A program made the translations under genes and the position numbers. DNA of 64,000 bases from Geosiphon pyriformis uo1 (taxonomy: Eukaryota > Fungi > Glomeromycota). Position 1 is the first letter of the stretch, and each line of letters begins with the position of its first letter. Where the stretch lies: assembly GCA_016748015.1 (NCBI GenBank), contig JAAOMT010000665.1, positions 186,001 to 250,000 on the forward strand, given 5' to 3'. A model generated the notes under the pieces. That model was not told the origin of the DNA. It was given only the letters and a program-made list of their open reading frames with translations, and did not search any database. Shown here in pieces: positions 1 to 13,566 of this stretch.

Positions 1-2991
1 TGAAAAAACTTTTTTTCAAACCAGATATAAAAATTCATATACTATCAAACTTATTTACAATCTATGGCTTAATGCTAGATCTTAATTTTGTTTCTATAAC
101 TATAAAGATTATATTACCTAATTTTGTATGTCAACAAACAATATTTTTTTGCTTAGTAAAAACATTAATGTCTTGAATATTACATGTAACAAATTTTTAT
201 ACCAAATTAGTTATTAAAATAAAAAAAACAACAGAAAACTCAAGCCAGAGCACAATTGATCTATTTTTTAAAACTGAACTAATAAAGACCTTAAAAACAA
301 TTATTTTTAATTTCAAGCCACCAATCTTGATAGTTAAAACCTTTAAGCTACTCAAATTCAGATCTGAAAACTTATTTTTTACAATCAATAAAAATAAAAA
401 AAGTGATGTTAATAAGCCATTTAAAACCATATTCAAATCGAAATTTGAATTTATTAATACAAATATAGCAGAAAAAAGAAATTAAAAACAGATACCAAAG
501 ATACCAGATTCACATTGCTTAATTTTTGCAGAATACTTAAAACTTGATTAGCCAAAAGCTCTAAAAAACATTCCAAAAAAGCCAAATAAACACAAATGAA
601 CAAATTATCTTAAACAACTAAAAAACTTTTTTTAATATATAATATACTAAAAAAAAGAGATCTAAAACCAAAACCAAAGTAAGTATTATCAAAAAAAACA
701 GCAAATAAGACTACCTGTGTTCAATATTTGCCACCAAAGACAGCAAAATATAAAATAAAAACATATTTCTTAATATATAATTTGGCCAGCTAAAAATGAT
801 TTTTTTTTAAAGCAATTCTATTATAAATATTTTTAAAAGGCAAGATAAATACATTTAATATATCACATTTCACAGCCAAATGTTCAAAATGTCTGTACTT
901 TTTATAATAAATTAAACTTAATTTAATTTATAAGAATTTTACACCACCAAAGATTAACTTTATGCAAAAAACAGTTTCTAGTTTTTTATTTGTTTTGAAA
1001 TTAATTACAGTATAATAAACTCTATTGCTAGTTTCTAATGATTGATTAAAAATACAAATTTTCCCATTTACTTTGTCCAAAAGAGTGCCAAAATTATAAA
1101 CAATTATACTTACAGCCAAAGTAAACAAGAATATTCTAAAATAATCTCTAAATATTTAAATATCTTAATCTTTTATAGCTTTTATTACATATATTAAGTT
1201 CTTATCAATTAAAAAAAACCATTTAGATACTAGTTAATCAACTTAACTTAATTCGGCAAATTTCATTATAGTCTTTTGTTATAGCTTAATAAATTGTAAT
1301 TTGATAAACACAATTTGACCAAACTTAGATACTGTAGTAATAATTATTTTTTTTAATGTATTTATGAGAATTTTTATTATTATTACAGCTTAATTTAAAC
1401 AAAATTTTTGTTTCTTAATATTGTTGTTTATGATGATTTTTTTTTAGCCAATAACACAGTCTTTTTATGCTCTTCTTTAATATAAACATTAATCTAATAA
1501 TTCTTTCAAATTTTAAAAAAATAATAGTCTTCTCAAAACAATTAATTACAGAAAAATTTTTTTAAAAGCCTAAGTTTTAGTCATTGCTGATTTGTTTTCT
1601 ACTGCTGATAAATTAATATTATTACTTATAGAAATAGAAATCATAATAAGTAAAAAAATAGCCAATAAGAAGGAAGTATAGTAAAAAGAGAAATTGCAGA
1701 ATTGCAGAATTTTTTTCAAAGAAATTAAAAAATTTCAAAAAATTTGTATAACATAAATTATATATATATAATGAGAATATTAAAAACAGAAAAAAAACAA
1801 TAAACAAACAGAATAGTAACTAATAATAAGTAATTATTTAATATTTCTCTTTTCAAAAAATAGTTTTCTATAACTTAAAATGAAATTATATTTATACTAA
1901 TAAAATTATTCATCATTATTCAATTTATGTTATTATTGCTTGATTAAAAAAATTAATTACTTCTATACTATCAATAATTTATATTGATAGAATTCAATAT
2001 TTAATCATATTTAACCAATAACTCTTAATTATGGTTATTAATAGAATACCAATTTTTTATTTCTTTTTTTATTTTTTTTTATTTTTTTTATTTTTTTGTT
2101 TGTTTTATTTGTTGTTTACTAATTGATTAAAAAAATTAAGTGCTGAGTAATTAACATTAAAGATAGTCTAATAAAAGACTTATGAAACAAGGATAAAAAA
2201 CCTAAGAATAGCTTATCAGAAAAGCACAACTGTTAAAATAAACCAGCCATTATACTAAAAACAAAATTGGAGAAAATTCATTAATTAAATCATTGTCTAT
2301 TATACAAAAAACTCAACCAAAATTCTTAAAAATTACTAATATCAACAGCTATTAAGCACTAAGTTATGAGTTTGTTATTTGTTCTAATACTCTAAATAAT
2401 CATTTATAACAATGTTCAAAGTGAAAAATTTTTTAATGGCTACTTTAATAGAAATTTTTATTATTTTAGAATCAACTCATTTTTTATTTAAAGAAATATT
2501 AAAAGAAGAAAAAAGTGGTCCAACTTCTTTTTCTATATTAAACTTAAGAAAACCAAAGTTAGAGCCACAATTTATATTAGAAATTATTTTTTTGGCTTTA
2601 GAAATAGCAGCAACTAAGCCCAAAAGGGACTTATTATCAAGATTATTTATAATATAATTGTCTTTATCACTATTAGACTCACTATTTATATTTAAATACA
2701 CAGTATTAAGACTAAATCTAATCAAAAATATATCTTTCTTGTTATTAGAGTGTTTTATATTACTGAGAATTATTTTTTTCTTTTAAAGAAAAAGTCATTA
2801 ACAGAATCATAAAAAGTCTCTTTAAGTATCTTTTTCCTAAATATGTTATTACTTGAAATAGCTTTTAAATTCACAATAAAAAAGTTATTAAATTGAAAAA
2901 TATTAAATAAGAAAAACAAAAAAAAACAAAAACTTTTTTTTTAAAAAATATGCTTTTTGGAAAATTTAAAACATAGAAGAAAAAGAAGTAT
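1..2991 (-). mobile_element. Highly decayed LINE (LINE-1): 5' UTR, ORF1 and start of ORF2; runs off the window edge; interrupted by a solo LTR
   Basis: Minus-strand peptides align with LINE-2 ORF1: LSSLKVLTIKIGGLKLK vs LSSFKVLTSKVGGLKLK; FTLAVSIIVYNFGTLL..GKICIFNQSLETSNRV vs FTLPVGTTVHDLGDLL..GKTCVINRSLETSNKV. The 5' end is approximate. Confidence 0.85.
1620..2411 (+). mobile_element. Solo LTR, family A
   Basis: Ends TATTAC...TATAACA (decayed TGTTAC...TGTAACA); 4-bp TSD ATAT/ATGT; removal rejoins LINE ORF1 (FTLNI|NLSAVE); homologous to four other copies in the window. Confidence 0.85.
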
Positions 2992-3449
2992 TATAATTAT
3001 TTTTTATTAATTATAGTGTATTGTTTTCAAAAAACTTATAATTAAAAAAAAATATTTTTTTAAAAACAATTAAAGATTGCTTTAAATCTGTATTATCTAT
3101 AAAAAAACACTTTTAAAATATTTTGTTCAGCTATTTTTTCTATTAAAAAAACTTTTTTGGTTGTTTTTTAATTATATTAACAGAAATAGTTAAATTTTAT
3201 ATATTATATATTTTTATTTTTACAATAATTTCAAATTAATAAATTAATATTACAGTTAAATTTAAGATAACTCATATTTTTAATGAATACAAATTGTTAT
3301 GAATTATTACAAGTTATAAATTTTTTTAGGTTTAAGTATATATAGTATATATATAATAAAAATAAATTTATTTGCATATTCTTATAAAATTTTTTAAATA
3401 GTTTATGCAATATTAAAGAAACTTGTAAAAGTTATTTGTTTTTGTTTAT

Positions 3450-5700
3450 TTTGTATTTTTTTATAAAGTATATATTTAACATAAGCAAGCTTACTAACTG
3501 CATTATAAAATTTCTTGCTATTTTTAAGTTCTATAAACTGTTCAAAATTTGTAATAGCAATTAGTATATCTTTAATACTTATTACTTTTTGTATCTCTTG
3601 TTTTTTATCAGAGCTATCATGTTTTGTTTTATGATTTGTTATAATATAATTTGCAATCTCATCATCATTTAGATGTTCTAAAGTAATTATATTATTTTTT
3701 TAGATAGATTTACCAATTTTTTAATTAATAAGTATATATGATTTGGCTGTATACAATTAAACTTTTTGTAGCAATTTTTAATTTTTTTTAATATTATCTT
3801 TTAATTATAATTAGCTATTATTTTCAAGTTTGCATTTTTATTCTAAAAGTAGTTATTTGTATTAATTAGAATATTATTAACATTATTATCAAAAAATCTA
3901 ATATATAATAAAAAAATAGCAACAATAATGTGCTTTAAAATAATAAATAATTTTAGTATCTATAGACTAAATATGTACTGTTAAGTTAGATACAAACTAT
4001 TCTATATGAATATTTGTAATAGATCTTGTATTATAGTTATAATTAACAAAATTGTTTATTAATAACAATATGTTTTGGTTTTTTTTATGCAATTAATAGT
4101 CCCAATCAACAAGCTATTGTCAAAAAATATCACTAGTTATTTAAACATAAGTGTTTAAATAATACTAAAAACCAAGTTGTTTTTCTGTTTTCTTTTGAAA
4201 ACAGTGTGAATATTTAATATAATTAATAATAAGTAATGGCAAACACTTAGTTCTATCAGCATTAGTTGTAAAAACAAGTATTAATTGCACTTTTAATTGT
4301 TTAATGCCATGATATGATATTGTAACAAGACTTCAATTTGGTGATATAGCATAAAATAATGCAGTTTTATCTATATTAAAAATATTGTATAACTTTTAAT
4401 CAGCAAAAAATATCATTATATGCACTTATTTATCTTCAATATACTTAATATTGGCTGATAATATTCATCATAAAAGTTAAGTAAATGCAATTTAACATGG
4501 TTTTTAAAGCTTTTAAATTAGTTATTAGATAGTTTTTGGTGCTTATTTTTTAAAATATTCAATTAAACATAACACTTTATGACAAAAACTTGTATTATAT
4601 TTTCAGTAAATATTATTTCATGCAATTTTGTCTCTTAAACAAAAATAACAAATGCTTTATCAAAATTAAAATTACATATTATGTATTGTTATTCATAAAA
4701 AAAAAATACAAAAAAAAAGAAAAAAAAAAAGATCATAAGATAAACTAATAAAAGAATAGTACTCAATAAGTAAACACATTTTCAGAAAATTATGATACAT
4801 TTCTAGAAATGTGCATATTTTTAGAAAGTAGCATAAAAAAAGAGTAAAAATATGTAGAATTTTATATAACATAAATTATGTATATATAGTAAGAGTATTA
4901 AAAGCAGAAAAAACAAAACAGTTAAAGAAAAAGTTAGAAATAAATAATTATCTAATATCTTTCTCTTTAAAAGATAGTTTCTTATAACTTAAAGTAAAAT
5001 TATATTAATATTAATAAAAATATTTCTTATTATTTAATTAAGAAATATTAATCAATTATATATTATTAATTATCTATGTTAATAGAATCCAATACTTAAT
5101 TATCCTAAACCAATAGTTCTTAATTATAACTATTGACAGAATACTAATTTCTTATTTATTTCCTATTTTTTTTATTTTTTTTTATTTTGTTTTTTTGTTG
5201 TTTACTAATTAATTATAGAATTAAATACTAAATAATTGACATCAAAAATAGTCTGATAAAAGATCTGTAAAACAAGAGTAAAAAAACTTAAGAATAGCTT
5301 TCTAAAAAAACATAACTGCCAAAATAAACTGACTACTATGCTGAAAATAAAAATTAAGAAAAATTATTAATTAAATTTCTGTCTATTATACAAAAAACTT
5401 AACTAAAATCTTTAAAAATTACTATTATAATTAGCTATTAAGTACCAAGTTATAAATTTGTTATTTGCTTCAACTATTCCAAATAATTATTTATAATAGC
5501 ATATATGTTTATTAGTTAAGTCATATATTATATTTGCTTATGGATAAAAATTTGGTTTATTTTTGATCCAAGCTGAAACTAGAAACTGTTTTATATATGA
5601 AAAACTGTTTTTCTTAAAGTGTTTTATAGTTTTTGATTGGTTTTTATTATTTTTATAATATTAATTAAGCATTATAAACTTATTATAAAATGTAGTATTC
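3450..5700 (-). pseudogene. pogo/CENP-B-like DDE_1 transposase relic
   Basis: Minus-strand relics NIFNIDKTALFY (DIFNxDETGLFY), VFTTNADRTKCLPLLII, NILLLINNF (LLLxDN), HI*SIDTKIIYYFKAHY (QPxDxGIIxxFKxHY), acidic C-terminal EHLNDDEI; many stops; limits approximate. Confidence 0.8.
4687..5498 (+). mobile_element. Solo LTR, family A, inside the pogo transposase
   Basis: TGTTAT...TATAATA ends; 4-bp TSD GTAT/GCAT; shares the family A core and 3' end. Confidence 0.85.
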
Positions 5701-5811
5701 TTATAACTTAATAGAATGCAAACTAAAAAAATAACATGCTTTTTGTTATTAAATATAGTGAATTAAAAAGCAAAAAAAAAGTACAATTAAAACTTTAATT
5801 AGATAAAACTG

Positions 5812-6525
5812 ATTCAAAAATTCGACTTGATTACTCACATAATTGATAATAATTTAAAATTTAAAATAATTCAAAACTTTGATTTAATTATTTATATAAT
5901 CAATAATAATTTAAAGCTTAGAACAATTTAAAATTCTGACTTAATTATTCATACAATTAATGATAATTTAGAACTTAAGACAATTTGAAACTCTAATTTA
6001 ATTACTTATATAATTAATAATAATTTAAAACTTAGAACAATTTGAAATTTTAACTTAATTACTTATATAATTAATAATAATATAGAACTTAAAACAATTT
6101 GAAACTCTAATTTGATTACTTACAAGTTTAGTAATAATTTAAAACTTAGAACAATTCAAAACTCTAACTTAATTACTTATATAATTAATAATAATTTAGA
6201 ACTTAAGACAATTCAAAACTCCAACTTATTTATTTACAAGGTTAATAATAATTTACAATTTAAAACTCTGACTTGATTACTCATATAATTGATGATAATT
6301 TAAAACTTGGAACAATTCAAAACTCCAATTTGATTACTCATACAAGTAATAATAATTTAAAACTTAAAACAATTTGAAACTATAACTTAATTATTTACAA
6401 GATTAATAATAATTTAAAACTTAGAATAATTTAAATTTTTAATTTAATTACTTACACAATTGATGATAATTTAAAACTTAGAATAATTTGAAATTCTGAT
6501 TTAATTACTTACATAATTAATAATT
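5812..6525. repeat. 57-bp tandem array, about 12 units
   Basis: Consensus approx. ACAATTCGAAACTCCGACTTGATTACTCACACAATTGATGATAATTTAGAACTTGGA; contiguous units, one shortened by ~10 bp. Confidence 0.9.
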
Positions 6526-9199
6526 ATTTTATTAAATAAGTGATATTATATTATCATATAGCATTTTTAGTTATGAAAATATTAATTTGCTTTACTGCAA
6601 TTTTATCAGAATTAGCAGAATTTAAATTAAACTAGCATTTAAGATAATTTATACTGACAGTAAAAATTTATGGGTTTTTAGATATTACAAATATAGATTA
6701 TAAACATAATAATTTTTTTATTATCAAATTGGTAGATTCAAAATATTATGGCTTATTATAAATTATAGATTATCTCAATATAAATTGTTTTAGGTTTGAC
6801 TATATTTTAAAACATACCAAATAAACTATTTACAAAAAAATTTTCACAATACCAATTAGAAAATTATTAATTAAATTAATTCTTAACTTAACAAAAAATT
6901 ATAATAAATTTTTTAAAGTCTAATTAAAAATCTGTAAATTTAAAGATTAATAATTAAAAAACAAACAAAAATTCTATTAATATTAATAAAAGCAATAATT
7001 AATATCACTTTTTTTTTAGTTTGTATTTGTTTAAAAGATTTTAAATTATACAAAAATAATAATATAAAATCTTATTTAAAAATTATTAAATAAATTACTT
7101 TTTAATTTCAAACTCTTTTTTATTGTAATATTTTATTTATAATATACATTTTTTGAAACCAAACTAAATTAAAATTAATAATTAATAATAAATTATAAAA
7201 CAGCCAAGACCAAATACAAAAACTGTTTATTTAAAACTATTTTTTTTAATATTAAATTTAAAAAAACTTTGTATTTAAATATGCTTTAACCAAATTAAAC
7301 TTAAATAAATTTTTTGTAAACAAAAAAATGGTTAAATACTTATAAAATTCTTTTTTTTTTTAAAATAAAAATCAATTAACTACTTATAAACAAAAATGTA
7401 TTTTTAATTTATTGATTAATTAAAATAGCCACAATTATATTATTATTATTAATTAATCTTAAAAATCATATTTGTAATAATTAAAATATATTGAATAAAT
7501 ACTTAATTATTTTTTACTTATATTGTATTATTAATAAAAATACCAGCTATTAAATAAAATATTATTTTAATTTAATTATTTATTCTATTTATTTTAATAA
7601 CAAATTTGATATTGATTTAATAATACATAATTATTTATGTTTTTTTATTTTATATAAAAAAAAACCATAAAAAATTTTTTATAGCAAAAGCAAAAAAACT
7701 TTACTTTAATTTAATTTATTATGCATACTATATTTATTTGTAAATTTAAAATTTATTATTATTTAATTAATTTTGTCTTTATAAATACTATTAAAAAACT
7801 TTTAAGAAAATTTTTTTTGCTGTTTTAATTAAAACAATTTACTAAGTATTAGTAAAAATACTATTTTACTTATAAGATTTAAAAATTATTAAGACTTAAA
7901 CTTTTTTTTATAAAATAAAAACTAATTTTAATATCAAATATAAATTAAATAAATTCAAACCTAATTTTATTGTTATAATATTAACTTAATCTTATAGTAA
8001 TAAAATTATTAACAATTCACATCCAAAATAAAATCTAAAAAACTATTGATATTATTATCAATTAAAATTTAAGATATTAATTAACATAAAATTATCTCTA
8101 TAATTTCTATTATTAATTAGATATACTATTAATTCAATTTATTACTTATTATCTTATTAAATTATCTGATTTATACAAAACACAAATATAATCAAATTGT
8201 AATAATCAGATTATGCAATATACTAAACTATATAACATTTAAAGTTTACCAAAATATTTAATAATTCGCTAAAATATTTAACAGTTTACTAAAATAATTT
8301 ATAATTTACAGAAATAACTTATAGTTTAACGAAATATATCTTTAGTTTACTGAAAAATTAGGAAAAGAAAAAGTATTAAATCATAAAATAGTATTATAAT
8401 AAATTGTATAAAAAAAAAGTTTTTCTTTTTAAGAAAATATATCTTAGTTAGAATTAATTTTTTACAAAATATCTTAGTTGGAATTATTTTTCTTGCAAAT
8501 TAATTCCAATAAAACTTACTTTAAAAAACATAAAAATTTTTAATTATTTTTGATTCAAAATCAACTATTTTATATTAACAGTTAAAATTAATTAATTATC
8601 AATTTTAATAATTATTAGTAATTTTTAAACTTAAATCCAAAATAACTTCCTTATATATTTTTTTATTTTTTAGTTTAGTTTAATTTTTTTTTGTTTTTTT
8701 TTATATTATTAAGTAGTCTACAGTCAAAATTTTTTGTAGAAAAGTTAACTTTTATAGCAAAATAACTACACACAATTTAAAAAGCTTACAGATAGAATTT
8801 TGATTAAACCAAACTAAATTGAACTTTGGGTGTTGTTTAAGTTTAGTTCAAATTACAAACTGAATTTAAACCAAACCAATTTTTCAAAGTAGGTTTAATT
8901 TAAGTTTAACATTAAATTTTTTTGACAAGTCTAAGTTTGGTTTAAGTTTGGTTTAAAGTTTATGAACTTGTTTAAGTTTGATAAAATTAAAAAAACAACT
9001 TGTACTACTTGTTCATTAATTATTACTTTGTTTAATTATTATAATTAATTAAAAAAATATATAAAACTATGCATATATAACAACTCTACTCTCCAACTTA
9101 CTAAAATAAATTTATTGTTGGCATTATTTAATGTTACCAAAAATTCAAAATTCGAAATAATAGAATTTAATAATTCAAATAGTCTAAATATTAATATAT

Positions 9200-10594
9200 T
9201 TAGTCAATATAGTTTTTAGAGTAAAGTATAAAACTATTTTAATAAGTTTGAATGAATAAAAAAAACAGCTAAATATACAGTCTCAAAATATATGCATAAG
9301 CCATTTTTTTGTAGAACCATAAATACTATTAAATTCTTATAGCACTATTTAAAGACTTTTTATTGAACAGTATATATTACAATAGAAAAATATTATAAGA
9401 AAAGACAAAATATCCAGAAAAATTATGAGTTAATTAAAAAAATGTTTTAACAGATTAGATTGCTATTTTTTTTATGATTTTTAGCCAATTTAACTAGAAA
9501 ACTGCTTTAGCTTTCTGTAGTAACTGCTATTGATATTGACAATAAAAAACTTCATAACATAATTATTATTTGACTTATTAATTACCAGCAACTAATTTCT
9601 ATAATAGAAAACTCTGAATTAATTAAAATATTTTAATATTTGAATCTTACTTTTTAACTTGTTTGTGCTAATACAATTAAGAATAAAATCATAAAACTTT
9701 ATGTTTTAAGTAGATAAAAATTAAAAATAAGTACTATCTTTATTATGAAATATCTCTTTTTTTTACTTATACTTATAATATAATAGACATACTTAAATAT
9801 TATTAAGTTCAAAATTTTTTTTACATTAGATCTCTAAACATTTTTCAATAATAAAGCTTTTGTTTCTATTACTATTTATTATATTAATAACAATTGAGAT
9901 CTTCAATAAATATTAATTAATTTTGAATTAATAAATAAATAATATAATGGAATAAATATTGTGAACATATTTTTTAAAGTATTAAAAGATTATAGAATTA
10001 TATTAAAGATATATATATATATTCTTACATAAATTTAAGTTAGTTAATAGCCAATAATAAGATTGGTATATCATACAACATATTAATATTATCTAAAACT
10101 TAAAATTAGCATAGTACTTATATTATTAAAAATTGTGGTTTTTCAATGTTGGCTTAAATTAGTTTTTATTATTGTTCTAAAGCTGAATTTTTGGTATTAA
10201 TATCATCTGAAACTTAAAGTTATTATAATGTTTATATCATTGAAAATTATATTTTCTTAATGTTGGATTAAGTTGATTTTTATCATTCTCTTAAAGCTAA
10301 ATTTTTAGTATTAGTATTATCTAAAGCTTAAAGTTACTATAATACTCATATTATCAAAAACTGTATTTTTTAATATTAATTTAAGTGGTTTTTATTATTG
10401 CTTTAAGCTAAATTTTCAACCAAATAGATTAAAAAAGAAGTTTAAGAAAGAATTGTACTTATCTTTTTTTTATATAAGTTTACCATTAATTTTATTAGTT
10501 ATAACCTAATTTTTTTTAACAACTTTTTGCTATTACTCTTAATAATATTATAAATAATAATATTTTTGTAAAAAAATTAGAAGAAAAAAACATT
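9200..10594 (+). pseudogene. hAT transposase relic, 5' part
   Basis: Decayed BED finger (SKV*NYF..TAKY..L*HYL), QQLISIIENSE..YLNL..TIKNKI, TLDL*T..AFVSITIYYINNN*DL (DxWTS motif), FAITLNN..NN (TDNAxN motif). Confidence 0.75.
10085..10416. repeat. ~114-bp tandem repeat, about 3 units, inside the hAT element
   Basis: ARTATYATCTRAARCTTAAA recurs at ~10085, ~10199 and ~10313. Confidence 0.7.
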
Positions 10595-10734
10595 AAAAAA
10601 AAACTTCTTTCTCTCTTTCGTCCCAAATTCCTGAAAAAGAGTCAAATTTTGAAAGAAGTTTTTTCTGTTTTTGCATACTGTCTTCCACTATTTCACAAGA
10701 ATCAAACTCTTTTGTTGTTGGACTGGCTGCCACT

Positions 10735-13566
10735 ATGAGTGGTCCTAGTGCTAAGAAAAGGTCTGCCAGAGTCTTGACTACTGGTTTAGTTGGTGGTGGT
10801 TCGATTCAAAAAGTCAAAAAGTCTTTCAGTGGTGTTAAACTTTCAAGTGTGAATAAGAATCTCAAAGATAGTGGGCCTGTTAGTGTGGATGGGCAATTTA
10901 CTAGCATGGATATGGATGGAAAAGCCTCTGATGGTAAAGCCACTTCTGACTCCTAAATGAATACACCCAATGCGAAGTGTTTCAATACTGGTGCAACTAT
11001 CGGTTCCCCTCTCAGCTCTATTAATTATGACATGGATGATGAGAAGAAAGTTTTTCTTCCTTTCCATTTGTCTTTCTCTTTAGAAAAGGTGTGAGTGGAC
11101 CCCAAAATTGTTAAAACTCAGGTGGAGGTAGCTGTGAAGAAATCTTTCACTTTGGACATCAATCTTTTGGCTATAGAAGGGAAATCGGCAACGGCTAAAA
11201 CTCAGGTCATAAGGAAATTATTTTCAGGAATCAATGGTTTTGGGAGGGCCACTACTCCCTCAAAATTTGAAGGGATCATCAGATCAACGTTTACTTCATC
11301 AAAAAGCATAGAAAAGACCGTGTCATTGGCCAGAGAAAATAACATCATAGTAAACAGCGATCTTAAGAGACAAGGAATTTGCTCAGATCGGACTGTAGTA
11401 ATTAAGGAAATTCTCATGGATATGCCAAAAAAAATGATCGTCGCCACAGTATCTGAGTTTGGAAAAATTAAGTCAATCAAAATCTAGTTAATTGGTTTAT
11501 GGCAAAAGACTGTGGTGGAATTCGCCAAACTAAAACAAGCTGTGTCTTTGGCTGTTAGGTGGTCCTTCTTGATTGATAAAAATTCAGTTTGTGTGGCTAT
11601 GGTGGTGGGCAATTGTGAAACTTGGGCATCTAGAGATCAGTTCAAAGCACTTTTGTTTACTTTGCCAGTAGGAACTACTGTTCATGATCTTGGGGATCTT
11701 CTTGAAGGGGCTGGTGGAAAAACTTGTGTCATAAATCGGTCATTGGAGACTAGTAATAAGGTCCGCTGTGCTGTTGTTTGTTTTGATTCTGATGAGGTTT
11801 TGGAGTCAGCTTTTTGCATGGAGCCAATCTTTGGTGGTGTGAAACTCTCATGGGCTAAACTGGATTTGGTTTGCTGTGAACGGTGTGGGAAGTTCAGTTA
11901 TTCTGCCTTGGAATATGATGCTGAGGTTGCATCAGCTCTTAAATCTTCAAAGTTTTTTATAAGACCTGCCAATCTAAATACTCGTTTCCAGCTGGCCAAA
12001 TTGTATGCAAAGAAAAATGTACCAATCTCTTGTTCTGTTGTCTTTGGTGCAAATCTTGGACTTAAGTGGTCTCAGTTGCTTCAGTCTCTCATGGTTTTTG
12101 TTGTTACCAGTAGAATTTTAGTTATTAATTAGCATAAAATTACTCTTATAATTCCTATAATTCATTAGTATATTAATATTATTTTAAATTATTATTTATT
12201 ATTTAATCAATTATCACATATCACAATTTAATTAAAATAATCTAATTAGTATAACAAAAAGTAGGATGATCAAATTACACAATATCCTGAACTTTGTAAC
12301 ATTCAAAAATTTGCCGAAATTTACAGAAATTTGCCAAAATTATGAATAGTTCACCCAAATTAATTAATAGTTCAGTGAAATAACTTGTAGTTCATCAAAA
12401 TGTATCTTTAGTTCGCCAAAATTTGAGCAAAGAGAAAAAGTGCAAGTTCATAGACTAGTACTACAACAAGTTGTATAAAAGAAGAGTTTTTTTCTTCTGG
12501 AAAATGTATCTTACTTTAGATTTATCTCTTAAAAACTGTTCTTATACACACAAAAAAAAATAAATATCAAATAATTCGAAAAAACCAAATTTTTTAATTA
12601 TTGTACTTAGAAAATTCCCAAAACCCAACTAACATTTCGAAATTGATTAGCTACCAATTTCAGTAAACTGTTAATAACTCCAGGCCTGGATAGAAAACGT
12701 TTCCTTTAACAAAATTCTATTTCTTGTACATTTCTTTTATTTTTCTTTTCTTTTCTTATTACAATCATTAGGGTAGCCTACAGACGAGATTCCTGTAGAA
12801 GAGTTGACTTTTACAGCAAAGTAACTACACATTTTAGTGAGCTTTCAGACAAGCAATTCCTGGGAAAGAGTTGACGTTTACTACAACATAACTACATAAA
12901 ATAACTGACAAAAAATTGGCTATTCTACTTATAAGTCCAGCAGTTCAAATTATAGGAGATAATCTGAAAATAAATTCAGTTATTGGAGGTTCAACCACAT
13001 CCAGAAAACGTGAATTCACAACAAACAGGCATCAACAACATTTAAAAAAAGAGACCAAAAATCTCTGGTAACATTGTGCTGGTTCTGGTTCTCTGTCTTC
13101 TGGTGCTTTGAGTTCGGGTGGAGCACCTCCCCTTCTACCTGTGGTCAATTCTCCTTTGAGTGTTTGCTTAGCACTTCTGGAACACTCTGTGAAGCTTCTG
13201 TTTGATCAAATTTCAAACATTCTTTCTCATTTTGACAATATTGGTTCAGCATCCTTGGCGTCCTCCTCTCAAATGGTTTCTTCTATGGTTGTTTTTTAGT
13301 CCCCAACCTCTGTTTCTCTTGTGGTTGCAAACTCTGACTTGAATTTTGACATGACAGTTAATGATCTTTTTGTCCAGCCTACTTCTTTCTCTCCAGGTGT
13401 TACTGATCTGCTCTTGGGTCTGAGTAGTTTCAAAGTCCTGACTTCCAAAGTTGGTGGTCTGAAATTGAAGTTAGTTGCTCTCGACATTTCCGTTGGTTTG
13501 ATTTTGGCTAAGTTGGATTAGTTGTGTGCTGGCTCAGGTTCTTCGGTTATCTCTTCATCACAATGA
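10735..13566 (+). pseudogene. LINE-2 ORF1 (RRM-like region, CCHC knuckle, C-terminal coiled coil), disrupted
   Basis: VVIKEILMD..VSEFGKIKSIKI..VVEF; decayed knuckle CERCGKFSYSALEY; in-frame stops and an LTR insertion; stop overlaps the ORF2 ATG. Confidence 0.85.
12102..13073 (+). mobile_element. Solo LTR, family B (younger copy)
   Basis: Perfect 9-bp terminal inverted repeat TGTTACCAG...CTGGTAACA; perfect 4-bp TSD TTGT; TATAAAA at ~12474. Confidence 0.92.

Larger units (their letters stand above)
3253..6802 (-). mobile_element. Decayed pogo/Tigger-type (Tc1/mariner superfamily) DNA transposon
   Basis: TA on both flanks (3251-3252, 6803-6804); ~26-bp TIRs CAGTTAAATTTAAGATAACTCATATT vs reverse-complement TAGTCAAACCTAAAACAATTTATATT, differing only by transitions; transposase relic inside. 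Confidence 0.8.

Noticed and set aside
5812-6525. 57-bp array as a CRISPR array
   Set aside because: Units are contiguous with no unique spacers, there are no cas genes, and the context is a eukaryotic transposon.
6805-8052. Identity of the AT-rich DNA here and at 40884-41609 and 49900-52540
   Set aside because: Probably very old TE debris, but I could not support any motif, terminus or TSD.
10085-10416. Link between the 114-bp and 57-bp repeats (2:1 period)
   Set aside because: No sequence similarity seen on either strand; treated as coincidence.
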